From Coriobacteriia bacterium (GTDB lineage: Bacteria; Actinomycetota; Coriobacteriia; Anaerosomatales; PALSA-660): a DNA stretch of 64,000 nucleotides. A program made the translations under genes and the position numbers. Position 1 is the first letter of the stretch, and every line of letters starts with the position of its first letter. The DNA lies in contig JANYJF010000008.1 of the NCBI GenBank assembly GCA_025361885.1, forward strand, positions 3,800 through 67,799, given 5' to 3'. The notes below the pieces were generated by a model, which saw only the letters and a program-made list of their open reading frames with translations, did no database searches and was not told the DNA's origin. Shown in pieces: positions 37,655 through 47,381 of the stretch.

Positions 37655-39850
37655 CTAGTGCTGCCGGCGCGGCCTGCGGTCGCCGCCACGGTCTCCGCCG
37701 CCGCCGCTGTGCGGACGGTCGCCACGGTCACCGCTGGGGTGATCGCCCGAGGGCTTACCGGACGACGGCGGAGCGTCGGGCTTGTCGACCCGGTCGAGCG
37801 AGATCTTGCCGCGCTCGTCGATGTCGAGGATGACGACCTCCACCTCGTCGCCGACGTTCAGGACGTCTTCGACCTTCTCGACGCGACCCTTGGCCACGCG
37901 CGAGATGTGGAGCAGACCGTCCTTGCCGGGATAGAGCTGGACGAAGGCGCCGAACGCCTGGATCCCGACGACCTGACCCATGAACTTCTCGCCGATCTCC
38001 GGGTCCTTGGTGATCATCTGGATACGCTTGACCGCCTCCTCGCCACCCTGGTCACGGCTGGCGATGTAGATGGTGCCGTCGTCGTTGACGTCGATGTCGG
38101 CGCCCGTGGCCTCGATGATCGAGCGGATCATCTTGCCCCCCGGGCCGATGATGTCGCGGATCTTGTCGACCGGGATCTTGATGGTGATCACGCGCGGCGC
38201 GAACTCGGAGAGCTCGGCTCGCGGCTCGGCGATCGACTCGAGCATCTTCGCGAGGATGAACGCGCGGCCTTCCTTCGCCTGCATGAGTGCCTTGCGAAGG
38301 ATGTCGACCGACAGGCCCTTGGCCTTGTTGTCCATCTGCATGGCGGTGATGCCGTCGGCGGTGCCGGCGACCTTGAAGTCCATGTCGCCGAGGAAGTCCT
38401 CGAGACCTTGGATGTCGGTCAGGATGGCGACATCGTCACCCTCCTTGATGAGTCCCATCGCGATGCCGGAGACCGGGGCCGAGATCGGCACGCCTGCGTC
38501 CATGAGCGCGAGGGTAGATCCGCACACGGAGCCCATCGAGGACGAACCGTTGGACGCCAGCACCTCGGAGACGATGCGGAGCGTGTACGGGAAGTCCTCC
38601 TCGGCGGGGACCACCGGGAGCAGGGCGCGCTCGGCGAGAGCACCATGACCGATGTCGCGACGCTTCGGACCGCGCATGAAGCCCGTCTCGCCCACGGAGA
38701 ACGGTGGGAAGTTGTAGTGGTGGATGTAGCGCTTGCCTTCGGCCACGTCGATGGTGTCGATGCGCTGCCACTCGGAGAGCATGCCGAGTGTCAGTACCGA
38801 GAGGACCTGCGTCTGACCGCGGGTGAACAGGCCTGAGCCATGGCTGCGGGGCAGGTAACCGGCGGTCGTGGTGATCTCGCGCACCTCGTCGAGGGCGCGG
38901 CCGTCGGCACGCTCCCCCTCTTCGAGAACCATCGTGCGCATGGTCTTCTTCTCGAGCTTCTTGAGGACCGCCTTGATGTCCTTGCCGTCAGCGGCCATCT
39001 CCTCGGGTGTGAAGGTGGCGAGGATCTGGTCCTTGACCGCCTGGACGTCTGCCATGCGAGACATCTTGTCCGCGTTGTGCAGCGCTACCTTCATCTTGTC
39101 TGCGCCGGCCGCGAAGATGCGATCGATGAGCGCCGGATCGATCTGGTGCACGGGAACGATCATCGGCGTGATCTCGAGCTTGGCCAGGAAGCGCTCCTGC
39201 ACCTCACAGAACGCGGTGATGGCTTCCTGCGCGAACATGAGGGCCGCGAGCATATCCTCCTCGGTGACCTCGTGCGCGCCGGCTTCGAGCATGTACACGG
39301 CGTCTTTGGAGCCGGCGACGATTAGGTCGAGATCGGACGCCTCGGCCTCTTCGAACGACGGGTTCACGATGAAGGCGCCATCCGCGTCACGGACGACGCG
39401 GACGCCGGCCAGCGGGCCCTCGAAGGGGATGCCGGCGGCGAGCAGTGCTGACGACGCTCCCATGATGGAGATCACGTCGGGCTGGTTGATCTGGTCGGCG
39501 GAGAGCACCGTGGCGATGATCTGCACCTCGTTGCGGAAGCCGTCCGCGAACGACGAGCGGATCGGGCGGTCGATCATGCGTGCGGTAAGCACGGCCTTCT
39601 CGCTCGGTCGGCTCTCGCGCTTGATGAAGCCGCCGGGCAGCTTGCCTGCGGCGTACATGCGCTCTTCGAAATCCACCGTCAGCGGAAAGAAGTCCAGGTC
39701 CTTCGGGGTCTTCGATGCCGTGGCGGTGACCAAGACGATCGTGTCGCCCTGCCGCACGACCACTGCGCCGCCGGCCAACTTGGCCAACTCGCCGGTCTCG
39801 AGCGTGTAAGACTTACCGTACAGTTCGAACGTTTCGGTTACCTTTCCCAT
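37655..39850 (-). CDS. pnp: polyribonucleotide nucleotidyltransferase (PNPase) with an R/G/D-rich C-terminal tail
   Basis: Two RNase PH domains, then KH (IIGPGGKMIRSI) and S1 domains. About 40 extra residues follow: ..SGDRGDRPHSGGGGDRGGDRRPRRQH. Confidence 0.95.
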   Translation of the reverse strand: MGKVTETFELYGKSYTLETGELAKLAGGAVVVRQGDTIVLVTATASKTPKDLDFFPLTVDFEERMYAAGKLPGGFIKRESRPSEKAVLTARMIDRPIRSSFADGFRNEVQIIATVLSADQINQPDVISIMGASSALLAAGIPFEGPLAGVRVVRDADGAFIVNPSFEEAEASDLDLIVAGSKDAVYMLEAGAHEVTEEDMLAALMFAQEAITAFCEVQERFLAKLEITPMIVPVHQIDPALIDRIFAAGADKMKVALHNADKMSRMADVQAVKDQILATFTPEEMAADGKDIKAVLKKLEKKTMRTMVLEEGERADGRALDEVREITTTAGYLPRSHGSGLFTRGQTQVLSVLTLGMLSEWQRIDTIDVAEGKRYIHHYNFPPFSVGETGFMRGPKRRDIGHGALAERALLPVVPAEEDFPYTLRIVSEVLASNGSSSMGSVCGSTLALMDAGVPISAPVSGIAMGLIKEGDDVAILTDIQGLEDFLGDMDFKVAGTADGITAMQMDNKAKGLSVDILRKALMQAKEGRAFILAKMLESIAEPRAELSEFAPRVITIKIPVDKIRDIIGPGGKMIRSIIEATGADIDVNDDGTIYIASRDQGGEEAVKRIQMITKDPEIGEKFMGQVVGIQAFGAFVQLYPGKDGLLHISRVAKGRVEKVEDVLNVGDEVEVVILDIDERGKISLDRVDKPDAPPSSGKPSGDHPSGDRGDRPHSGGGGDRGGDRRPRRQH

Positions 39851-39971
39851 TCCTCTTCCTCTTCCTTAAAATGCCGGCCGGGGCATCTCCCCATCGTCTT
39901 TGCCGGCGCCTCGTGGAACGTCGCTTCGTGCGATGCGCTCCTTGTCGAACCGTTCCTTTCGTATTATGCGC

Positions 39972-40000
39972 GGGAGCGAGGGCTTCGTACCCCCGCTCCC
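39972..40000 (-). terminator. rpsO terminator / pnp leader stem-loop
   Basis: GGGAGCG...CGCTCCC with an inner GGG/CCC, 27 nt after the rpsO stop. There is no clear U tract. Confidence 0.4.
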
Positions 40001-40026
40001 GTTGCAGTCGGTGTGGTTCCGCGGCG

Positions 40027-40296
40027 TTAGTTGCGCAGCCCGAGCTTGACGACGATCGCGCGGTATCGTTCGATGTCGTTCTTCTTCAGGTAGTTGAGCA
40101 GGCGGCGCCTCTGGCCGACAAGCTTGAGCAGCCCGCGCCGGCAGTGGTGGTCGTGGCTGTGCTCACGGAGATGCTCGGTGAGGTCGCGGATGCGTTGCGT
40201 GAGCAGCGCGATCTGAACTTCGGGGGACCCGGTGTCGCCGTCGGTCTTCGCGTGGTCCGCGATGATCGTGGCCTTGGTGTCCTTGGCGAGCGGCAT
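40027..40296 (-). CDS. rpsO: 30S ribosomal protein S15
   Basis: The start was reset to [15 protein letters not shown]...[26 protein letters not shown]; 89 aa. Confidence 0.95.
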   Translation of the reverse strand: MPLAKDTKATIIADHAKTDGDTGSPEVQIALLTQRIRDLTEHLREHSHDHHCRRGLLKLVGQRRRLLNYLKKNDIERYRAIVVKLGLRN

Positions 40297-40395
40297 GATG
40301 TTCACCTTTCCACTACGTACTCGTCGCCTCCGGCCGAGTGCTGCGTCGGTGAGATGCGCAACTCCAAGCGCGGGGCCTGTCAGTGAAGCCGATGT

Positions 40396-40404
40396 AGTGT
40401 ACCA
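40396..40404 (-). promoter_or_regulatory. possible extended -10 element for rpsO (TGgTACACT)
   Basis: Found on the minus strand about 100 nt upstream of the rpsO ATG. No convincing -35 was seen. Confidence 0.3.
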
Positions 40405-40455
40405 CACGGCGTAGCAGCCACTCGGCGCCGATCCGATCGGGCCTGCCGGTGCGGC

Positions 40456-40489
40456 GATCAGCCACTGCGCGGGGGCGCCATGGCTGATC
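40456..40489 (-). terminator. stem-loop downstream of the CxxC membrane protein gene
   Basis: GATCAGCCA-16 nt-TGGCTGATC (9-bp perfect stem). Confidence 0.5.
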
Positions 40490-40512
40490 GGTCGAGCGGA
40501 TGTGAGCCTGAG

Positions 40513-41235
40513 CTACCCGACCTTGCGGTCGATCGGCTGCGGGGTCCACGAGTCGATGGCGCTGCGGTCGACGACGATGTTGCCGCCCACGATCTTGGCA
40601 GGGAGCTCATCGATCGGGTAAAGCTTGCAGGCCCCACTGATCCCGACGCCAGTCTCGAGGTTGCGCTTCGTGCCGCACGAGGAGCAGGTCAGGGTCAGGT
40701 CCGCATCGACGCGCTGGCGCTGGCCTTGGCACGGGGGGCAGTAGCTGATGCCCACAAAGGCCTTTCCGGACGGCTTGACGTACGCCATCATCGGGATCGG
40801 CTTCGACCCGGGCTTGGTGTACTCGAAGTAGACGATCTTGCTCTCCACCAGCTTTGCGGCCGGGATGGAGACCTGCACGTCGGTCTGTGCGGCCTTGATC
40901 TCCGTCATCTCGGTCACGCCGGTATACACGGCGACGTCGGCGACCTTCGGTTCCTGGTAGCCAGCGGGCAACAGACGTCCGATGTACTTGGCTTCCTCGG
41001 ACGGAGTGCCGGCGGTCGAGACTCCTGCGGTCGACGCCACGGCCGATGCGGGACCGCTTCCCTGCTTGGCTCCACCGCCGTTGGTGGCGACCATCAGCGC
41101 GATGACGATGACGGCGGCGACCCCGGCTGCGATCAGCCACAGCTTCCTGGATGCAGCCGCCTTGACGGCTGGCTTGGAGTTCGGTTTGGCGGCGGGCTTG
41201 GCGCTCGCGGGAGTGTGTTTCTTATGCTTGGTCAC
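40513..41235 (-). CDS. membrane-anchored protein with a CxxC...CxxC domain (DUF2318-like)
   Basis: GTG start 41235 with GGAGG upstream. K/A/P-rich N-terminus, one TM helix (LWLIAAGVAAVIVIALMVA), then ..ISYCPPCQG..LTCSSCGTKRNLETG..GACKLYPI.. Confidence 0.6.
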   Translation of the reverse strand: MTKHKKHTPASAKPAAKPNSKPAVKAAASRKLWLIAAGVAAVIVIALMVATNGGGAKQGSGPASAVASTAGVSTAGTPSEEAKYIGRLLPAGYQEPKVADVAVYTGVTEMTEIKAAQTDVQVSIPAAKLVESKIVYFEYTKPGSKPIPMMAYVKPSGKAFVGISYCPPCQGQRQRVDADLTLTCSSCGTKRNLETGVGISGACKLYPIDELPAKIVGGNIVVDRSAIDSWTPQPIDRKVG

Positions 41236-41364
41236 GGCGTGCCTCCGGGTTCGACGGGAGACCGATGAGTGTCGTTCGACCCTGACACTGTGCAACCGGC
41301 GCGCCAAGAACGGGCACCAGCTCCGTGCGCAATCACGCGAAGAGCGTGAAGAGCAAGGAGCGGC

Positions 41365-42291
41365 CTACCTCTCGAACACTTCGCGCACCCGTCCCACGTC
41401 CTCCGCGATCTGCGCCGCCAGCTCCCCCGTCGACTCGAACCGTCGCTGGTCCCTGATCCTCTCCAGGAACTCGACGCCGAGCGTGCGCCCGTACAGGTCA
41501 CCACTGAAGCCCACCACGTGGACCTCGAGCACGGCGGTGGCCGTCGGGAACGTGGGCGGCACGCCGACCGAGACGGCGGCGGGAGCGGCGATACCCTCGA
41601 TCACGGTCGACGCCGCGTACACGCCGTCAGCCGGCAGCGCCGCGAACGTCGCGATCTCCAGGTTGGCGGTCGGCGCGCCGAGTTCGCGTCCGGAGTGCCG
41701 ACCCGGCACGACGATGCCTTTGAGCCGATGCGGACGGCCGAGCAGCGCGGCCGCGCCCGTCATGTCGCCGGCGCTCACCAGCCCGCGGATGCGGGTCGAC
41801 GTGACCGGCGCGCCGCCGGCGCGCACCAAGTCGTGGGCGAGCACCGTGAACTCGTGCTCGGCACCGTAGCGGACGAGCACGTCGACGTCGCCTTCCGCGC
41901 GGTGGCCGAATCTGAAGTCGTAGCCGACCACCGCGGCGACCGGCTGCGCGGCTGCGACCAGCACCTCGTCCAGGAACACGAGAGGCGGCATGGCTGCCAC
42001 ATGCTCGTCGAACGGGATGACGAGCACCACGTCCGGCCCCTGGTCAGCGAGAAGGCTCAGCTTATCGTCGAGGTCGAGGAGTTGCGGAGCGGCCGAGGCT
42101 GGAGAGACAACTTGGTCGGGATCGCGGTCGAACGTGATGACCGCGGACAGGGCGCTCTTGGTGCGGGCGAGCAGGACCGCATCGCGGATGAGCGCCTGAT
42201 GGCCGACGTGGACGCCGTCGAACACACCGATGGCCGCGACGGTAGCATCGAGCGGCTCCATGCCGGGCTTCCAAGTCAGGATGCGCGTCAT
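41365..42291 (-). CDS. ribF: bifunctional riboflavin kinase / FMN adenylyltransferase
   Basis: The start was reset to MTRILTW (ATGA overlap with the truB stop). GVFDGVHVGHQ; the C-terminal kinase domain ends ..FESTGELAAQIAEDV. Confidence 0.9.
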   Translation of the reverse strand: MTRILTWKPGMEPLDATVAAIGVFDGVHVGHQALIRDAVLLARTKSALSAVITFDRDPDQVVSPASAAPQLLDLDDKLSLLADQGPDVVLVIPFDEHVAAMPPLVFLDEVLVAAAQPVAAVVGYDFRFGHRAEGDVDVLVRYGAEHEFTVLAHDLVRAGGAPVTSTRIRGLVSAGDMTGAAALLGRPHRLKGIVVPGRHSGRELGAPTANLEIATFAALPADGVYAASTVIEGIAAPAAVSVGVPPTFPTATAVLEVHVVGFSGDLYGRTLGVEFLERIRDQRRFESTGELAAQIAEDVGRVREVFER

Positions 42292-43223
42292 GCGGGATCG
42301 CCCCGCAGAAGCACGACCTCGGGCAACAGCGCGTCGCCGGCCACTCGGTAGACGGCAGCGAGGATGCCATCCACCGTGACCGCTACGCGTGACCCGTCCC
42401 GCGCCTCCGCCGACGCGAGCGCGCTCGGGATGCGCTTGCCGGTCACGACGGTGGCGCGGTCGGACGCCACACACGGCAGATCCAGCGCCGCCAGCGGGTC
42501 GGCGAACATCGCGCGGACGGCGGACGGCCCGCCACTCATGGCCTCGGCGGTCACGGTCTCGAGCGGGCGGGCGTCGGCGAGACTCAAAGTCCCCGCCTGC
42601 GTGCGGCGCAGGGCCGTGAGGTGCGCGCGCGTACCCTCGGACTCGCCGATGTCTCGGGCGATCGCGCGGATGTAGGTGCCCTTCGAGACGGTCAAGGTCA
42701 CGTCCCAGGAAGCCGGGTCCTCACGAATCGCGCGCAGCTCCGCGCGGGAGATCGTGATCGTGCGCGCCGCCAGTTCCAGCGCCTCGCCGGCCCGCGCGGC
42801 TTCGTACGCCGTGCGCCCCGCGACCTTGATCGCGGAGTACGCCGGTGGTGTCTGGGTGCCGTCGCCGATAATGGCGGCCAGAGCCTCGCGCGCATGGCCG
42901 GCTTGCACAACGCGTGACGGGATGTCCGCTGTGGCCACGACTTCGCCCTCCGCATCGTCGGTGTCTGTTGCCGACCCGAAGGTGATCGTGGCCTCATAGG
43001 ACTTGGTCGCTGACGAGAGGTACGGCTCCAGGCGCGCATACGGGCCCACCAGCACAACGAGCAGCCCGGTAGCCATAGGGTCCAGGGTGCCGGCGTGTCC
43101 CACGCGTCCCTCCCCCGTCGCGCGGCGCACGGCCGCGACGACGTCGTGGCTGGTGGGGCCGGCGGGCTTGTCCACGAGCAGGATGCCGGCGAGGTCAGTG
43201 GCGCCGCGCCGCCTCGCGCTCAT
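42288..43223 (-). CDS. truB: tRNA pseudouridine-55 synthase
   Basis: GILLVDKPAGPTSHDVV, and GHAGTLDPMATG with the catalytic Asp. Confidence 0.92.
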   Translation of the reverse strand: MSARRRGATDLAGILLVDKPAGPTSHDVVAAVRRATGEGRVGHAGTLDPMATGLLVVLVGPYARLEPYLSSATKSYEATITFGSATDTDDAEGEVVATADIPSRVVQAGHAREALAAIIGDGTQTPPAYSAIKVAGRTAYEAARAGEALELAARTITISRAELRAIREDPASWDVTLTVSKGTYIRAIARDIGESEGTRAHLTALRRTQAGTLSLADARPLETVTAEAMSGGPSAVRAMFADPLAALDLPCVASDRATVVTGKRIPSALASAEARDGSRVAVTVDGILAAVYRVAGDALLPEVVLLRGDPA

Positions 43224-44194
43224 CGCGCGGCGCCTCCGGGCAACAGCGGCAGGATCGCCGCGAGCGCGTCGTCCAAGTCGCCTTGGACCGTGGCTCCCGC
43301 AGCCGCGGAGTGTCCACCCCCGCCGAGCGCCCGAGCCACAGCGCCGACATCAGCGCCGGTCTTGGAGCGCAGCGACAGGCGCACCCCGCCATCGACCACC
43401 TTGGCCAGGAACACGGCGTCCACCCCGCCGAGCTGACGTACGGCATCGACGAGGTTCTCAGTCTCCGGCATGGTCGTGCCGGTCGCGACGAGGTCGTCTT
43501 CGCTCACCCACGAGTACGCCACGCGGCCGTCGTTGGCGACCGTGACCCGCGAGAGGGCGAGGCCGAGCAGTCGGAGCGAGCCCGGGCTGCGACGTTCATA
43601 CGTGGCGTCGTATGCGGCGTACGGGTCGGCACCTGCGATCACCATGTTCGCGGCGTCGCGGAGCGCCCGGTAGTCCGTGTTGCCGTAGGAGAAGCGCCCG
43701 GTGTCGGTCATGAGGGCGACGTAGAGGCAGTGCGCGATGTCGGGCGTGGGCTCCACGCCCAAGTGCCGCAGCAGCCGCCAGACGATCTGCCCCGTCGCGG
43801 CCGCGCGCGGGTCGAAGAGCTCCACGTCGCCGAAACGCCTGTTGTCCGGATGGTGGTCGGCGACGACCACGAGCCTGGCGTCGTCGGCCAGTCCCCACGC
43901 CGAGCCCAGACGTGCCGGGTTCGGCGTGTCCAGTGCCAGGAAGACGTCGGGCGCTGGGATGTCCGCTGAGCGCACGAACATGTCGCAGCCCGGCAGGAAC
44001 GAGTAGGTGACCGGCACCGGAGAGTCATCCGCCAAGGTCGGGACGGCGGCCACGCCCAGCGAGCGCAGCGCGAGGCTGGCCGCCAGCACCGAGCCGATGG
44101 CGTCGCCATCTGGGTCCACGTGCGCGCACACCACGACCGAGCCGGCGTCCGTCAGCGCGGAGGAAGCACCGGCCCAGTCCAGACGAGCGCGCAT
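43220..44194 (-). CDS. nrnA: DHH/DHHA1 family phosphoesterase (NrnA-like nanoRNase / pAp phosphatase)
   Basis: The start was reset to MRARLDW. HVDPDGDAIGS, ADHHPDN (DHH), GGGH near the C-terminus. Confidence 0.8.
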   Translation of the reverse strand: MRARLDWAGASSALTDAGSVVVCAHVDPDGDAIGSVLAASLALRSLGVAAVPTLADDSPVPVTYSFLPGCDMFVRSADIPAPDVFLALDTPNPARLGSAWGLADDARLVVVADHHPDNRRFGDVELFDPRAAATGQIVWRLLRHLGVEPTPDIAHCLYVALMTDTGRFSYGNTDYRALRDAANMVIAGADPYAAYDATYERRSPGSLRLLGLALSRVTVANDGRVAYSWVSEDDLVATGTTMPETENLVDAVRQLGGVDAVFLAKVVDGGVRLSLRSKTGADVGAVARALGGGGHSAAAGATVQGDLDDALAAILPLLPGGAAR

Positions 44195-44198
44195 GGCG

Positions 44199-44615
44199 CT
44201 ACTCCCCGCCCTCGTCGACCTCGTCCGCAGAGGCGGCCTCATCCGCGGCGGTCTGCTCGTCGGAGCGGACGGAGTCGCGCAACTCATGCAGGACCTCGGC
44301 GATGCGCATGCCCTCGTCGACCGATGCGTCGATGAAGAAGTGCAGGTCAGGCACATACTTCATGACGAGTTCGCGGCCCAGCGCGGAGCGAAGGCGCCCC
44401 TTCGCCGACTGCAGCCCCGCCAAGGCTTCCTTGTAGCGCGCCTTGTCGCCGTGTGTCGTGATGAACACGTTGGCGTGACGCAGATCGGGGCTCACCACGA
44501 CCGAGGTAACGGTCACGAGCTCGACGCGCGGGTCCTTCACCTCGGTCATGATGATCTGTGCGAGTGCCTGGCGCACCGACTCGTCGGTACGGCGGGCACG
44601 TGAGTACGACTTCAC
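44199..44615 (-). CDS. rbfA: ribosome-binding factor A
   Basis: GTG start 44615. ...VRQALAQIIMTEVKDPR...VTSVVVSPDLRHANVF..., followed by an acidic tail. Confidence 0.88.
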   Translation of the reverse strand: MKSYSRARRTDESVRQALAQIIMTEVKDPRVELVTVTSVVVSPDLRHANVFITTHGDKARYKEALAGLQSAKGRLRSALGRELVMKYVPDLHFFIDASVDEGMRIAEVLHELRDSVRSDEQTAADEAASADEVDEGGE

Positions 44616-44620
44616 CGGAA

Positions 44621-47083
44621 CTACTCCTCGCGGGCGACCTCGATGGTCTTGTAGCCCTCGATGATGTCGCCCTCCTTGAGGTCCTGGAAGTTCTCGATCC
44701 CGATGCCGCATTCGTAGCCGGCCTTGACCGACTTCGCGTCGTCCTTGAAACGGCGCAGAGAGTGGAGCTTGCCGTCCAAGATGATGGTGCCCTGGCGGAC
44801 CACGCGGACCTGGTCGTCGCGGTGGATCTCACCCGACTGCACGTAGCAGCCCGCGATGACACCGATCTTGGGAACGCGGAACAGCTCGCGCACTTCGACG
44901 ACGCCCGTCTCCTGCTCCTCGATCGTCGGGGCCAGCATGCCGACGCGCGCGGCGTTGATGTCCTCGATGATCTTGTAGATCACGCGGTACAGGCGCAGGT
45001 CGACCTTCTCGGTCTCGGCAAGCGCTTTCGCCTTGGGCTCCGGCCGAACGTTGAAGCCGATGACGATCGCGTCGGACGCGTCGGCCAGCGTGATGTCGGT
45101 CTCGGTGATGGCACCGACGCCCGAGTGCAGGACGCGGATGCACACCTCGGCCTGGTCGATCTTGTCCAGTGAGTCCTTGAGGGCCTCGATCGAGCCTTGG
45201 GTGTCGGCCTTGATGATGAGGTTGAGGTCCTGGACGCCTTCCTGGATACGCGCGAAGAGGTCGTCGAGGGAGACGTGCTCCTTCTGCTCGTGTGCGAGCA
45301 GGCGCTTCTTGAGGTCGCGCTCCTCGGCGATCTGACGGGCCGCGCGGTCGTCCGGGGTGACCTTGAAATCGTCACCGGCGGACGGGAGCGAGGACAGCCC
45401 GAGGACCTCGACGGCGTCGGCAGGACCGACGGAATGGAGATGCTTGCCCTTGGGATCGACGAGCGCACGAACGTGTCCATGGGCGGTACCGGCCACGAGC
45501 GCATCGCCTACGTGCAGCGTGCCGCGCTGGACGAGGACGGTGGCCACAGGTCCGCGACCGCGGTCGAGCTTGGCCTCGATGACCACACCGCGGGCAGGGG
45601 CGGTCGGGTTGGCCTTGAGCTCGGCCACCTCCGCGACGAGCAGGATAGTCTCAAGCAGCTCGTCGATGTTGACGTGCTTCTTGGCCGACACGTCGACGAA
45701 GATCGTGTCGCCGCCCCACTCCTCGGGGATGACGCCGCGCTCGGACAGCTCGGTACGGACCCGCTCGGGGTTCGCGCCGTCCTTGTCGATCTTGTTGACC
45801 GCCACGATGATCGGCACCTCGGCGGCCCGCGCGTGGTCGATAGCCTCCAGCGTCTGCGGCATGACCGAGTCGTCGGCCGCCACGACCAGGATGGCGATGT
45901 CGGTCATGTTCGCGCCACGGGCACGCATCTGCGTGAACGCTTCGTGGCCCGGGGTGTCGATGAAGGTGATCTTCTTGCCGTTGTGCGTGACGACGGAGGC
46001 ACCGATGTGCTGCGTGATACCGCCGGCTTCGGTGGCGGCCACACCCGTTGAGCGGATGGCGTCCAGCAGCGACGTCTTGCCGTGGTCGACGTGACCCATG
46101 ACCGTGACGACCGGGGCTTTGGGGACAAGGTCCGCGGGATCGTCGATTATCTCTTCCTCGAACTCCACGTCCGGCGCGACGATGTCGAGTAGCACGCCGA
46201 ATTCTTCGGCGATCTTGTCCATGGTGGAGGCGGCCATGACCTGGTTGACGGTGTGGATGTCGCCTATCAGCAACAGGCGCTTGATTATCTCGCTCGTGGG
46301 CAGACCCAGAGCCGAGGCGAACTCGCCGACTGTCGCACCTTCCTTGATGGTGAGGATGCCGTCGATCGAGACGCTGACCGGTCCAGCTGACATGACAGGT
46401 CCCGGCGCCTCGTTGTTCTCCCGACGCCCGGAAGGCTTCTTGCCCTTCTTGCCCTTGCGCCCGCCGGGCTGCGGCGCCGTGGCCGCGGCCACCTGCTTCG
46501 CCTGCTCGACGACCGACTGGCTGACCGTCGACGTGACCGCTTCGGCCTCCTTGGCCATCTGGCGGTAGCGTTCCTTCTCCTCCGCCTCGAGGCGGGCTTC
46601 CTCGGCCTTGCGGGCGCCCTCGGCCTCGGCCTTGGCGCGGGCTTCCTCGGCCTCGGTGGCCTTGCGCGCAGCCTCGGCCTCCGCCTCGGCGCGGCGGCGG
46701 GCCTCCTCGTCCGCGTGGCGTTTCACTTCGGCGGCTTCGGCAGCCTCGGCGACAGCGCGCGCGGCCTGCTCCTCGGCGGTGCGGGCAGCCTCTTCCGCGG
46801 CGCGGGCAGCCTCTTCGGCGGCCAGACGGGCAGCCTCTTCGGCGGCGCGTTCGGCCTCGATGACGGCCAAGCGCGTGCGCTCGGCCTCGAGCTCCATCTG
46901 TCGCTCCGCGATCTCCGGCCCGAGGTTCTTCCGGATCTTGTCGACGTAGGCGTCGACCAGCGTCGACGCATGGTTCTTCGCCGGTATCTTCATGGCCTGG
47001 ATCTTCTCGAGGAGCTCCGAAGAGGTCATCCCGAATTCCTTGGCCAGCTCATGTACTCGCATGCTAGGCACGTGCGTCACCAT
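44621..47083 (-). CDS. infB: translation initiation factor IF-2
   Basis: [12 protein letters not shown]-terminal domain, an A/E/R-rich repeat region, and a G domain ([21 protein letters not shown]). The start is ambiguous (47083, 47071 or 47062). Confidence 0.95.
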   Translation of the reverse strand: MVTHVPSMRVHELAKEFGMTSSELLEKIQAMKIPAKNHASTLVDAYVDKIRKNLGPEIAERQMELEAERTRLAVIEAERAAEEAARLAAEEAARAAEEAARTAEEQAARAVAEAAEAAEVKRHADEEARRRAEAEAEAARKATEAEEARAKAEAEGARKAEEARLEAEEKERYRQMAKEAEAVTSTVSQSVVEQAKQVAAATAPQPGGRKGKKGKKPSGRRENNEAPGPVMSAGPVSVSIDGILTIKEGATVGEFASALGLPTSEIIKRLLLIGDIHTVNQVMAASTMDKIAEEFGVLLDIVAPDVEFEEEIIDDPADLVPKAPVVTVMGHVDHGKTSLLDAIRSTGVAATEAGGITQHIGASVVTHNGKKITFIDTPGHEAFTQMRARGANMTDIAILVVAADDSVMPQTLEAIDHARAAEVPIIVAVNKIDKDGANPERVRTELSERGVIPEEWGGDTIFVDVSAKKHVNIDELLETILLVAEVAELKANPTAPARGVVIEAKLDRGRGPVATVLVQRGTLHVGDALVAGTAHGHVRALVDPKGKHLHSVGPADAVEVLGLSSLPSAGDDFKVTPDDRAARQIAEERDLKKRLLAHEQKEHVSLDDLFARIQEGVQDLNLIIKADTQGSIEALKDSLDKIDQAEVCIRVLHSGVGAITETDITLADASDAIVIGFNVRPEPKAKALAETEKVDLRLYRVIYKIIEDINAARVGMLAPTIEEQETGVVEVRELFRVPKIGVIAGCYVQSGEIHRDDQVRVVRQGTIILDGKLHSLRRFKDDAKSVKAGYECGIGIENFQDLKEGDIIEGYKTIEVAREE
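46781..46846 (-). repeat. three in-frame tandem 21-nt repeats (heptapeptide AAEEAAR) inside infB
   Basis: gcgggcagcctcttc[c/g]gcggc occurs at 46781-46801 and 46802-46822, with a third copy inside 46823-46846. Confidence 0.85.
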
Positions 47084-47103
47084 CCCTTATGGAGCGGTCG
47101 GTC

Positions 47104-47379
47104 CTATCCGACCAGCAGCCGCTCGAAAGCCTCTCTCAGCCGGTCCGTATCGTCCTCGTTCATGTTCACACGCAACGCCGATGAGAACCGGCGCCTGCGG
47201 ACGGCCGCCTCGAAGCACTCGAGATCGGCGCACACGTACGCGCCGCGACCGTTGCTCTTGCCCGACGGATCCACCACGACGTCGCCTTCAGGCGTGCGGA
47301 CGACGCGGACGAACCCTCGTTTGTCGGACGAGGCCCCACACCCGATGCATGTGCGTATGGGCGCCTTGCGAGCCTTCAT
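47104..47379 (-). CDS. ylxR: YlxR/RnpM family RNA-binding protein (DUF448)
   Basis: The start was reset to MKARKAPIRTCIGCG....GRGAYVC. It begins directly after the nusA stop. Confidence 0.88.
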   Translation of the reverse strand: MKARKAPIRTCIGCGASSDKRGFVRVVRTPEGDVVVDPSGKSNGRGAYVCADLECFEAAVRRRRFSSALRVNMNEDDTDRLREAFERLLVG

Positions 47380-47381
47380 CT

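Noticed and set aside
46781-46846. The tandem direct repeats as a CRISPR array or minisatellite element.
   Set aside because: The repeats are contiguous with no spacers, in frame, and inside the infB coding sequence. No cas genes are present in the window.
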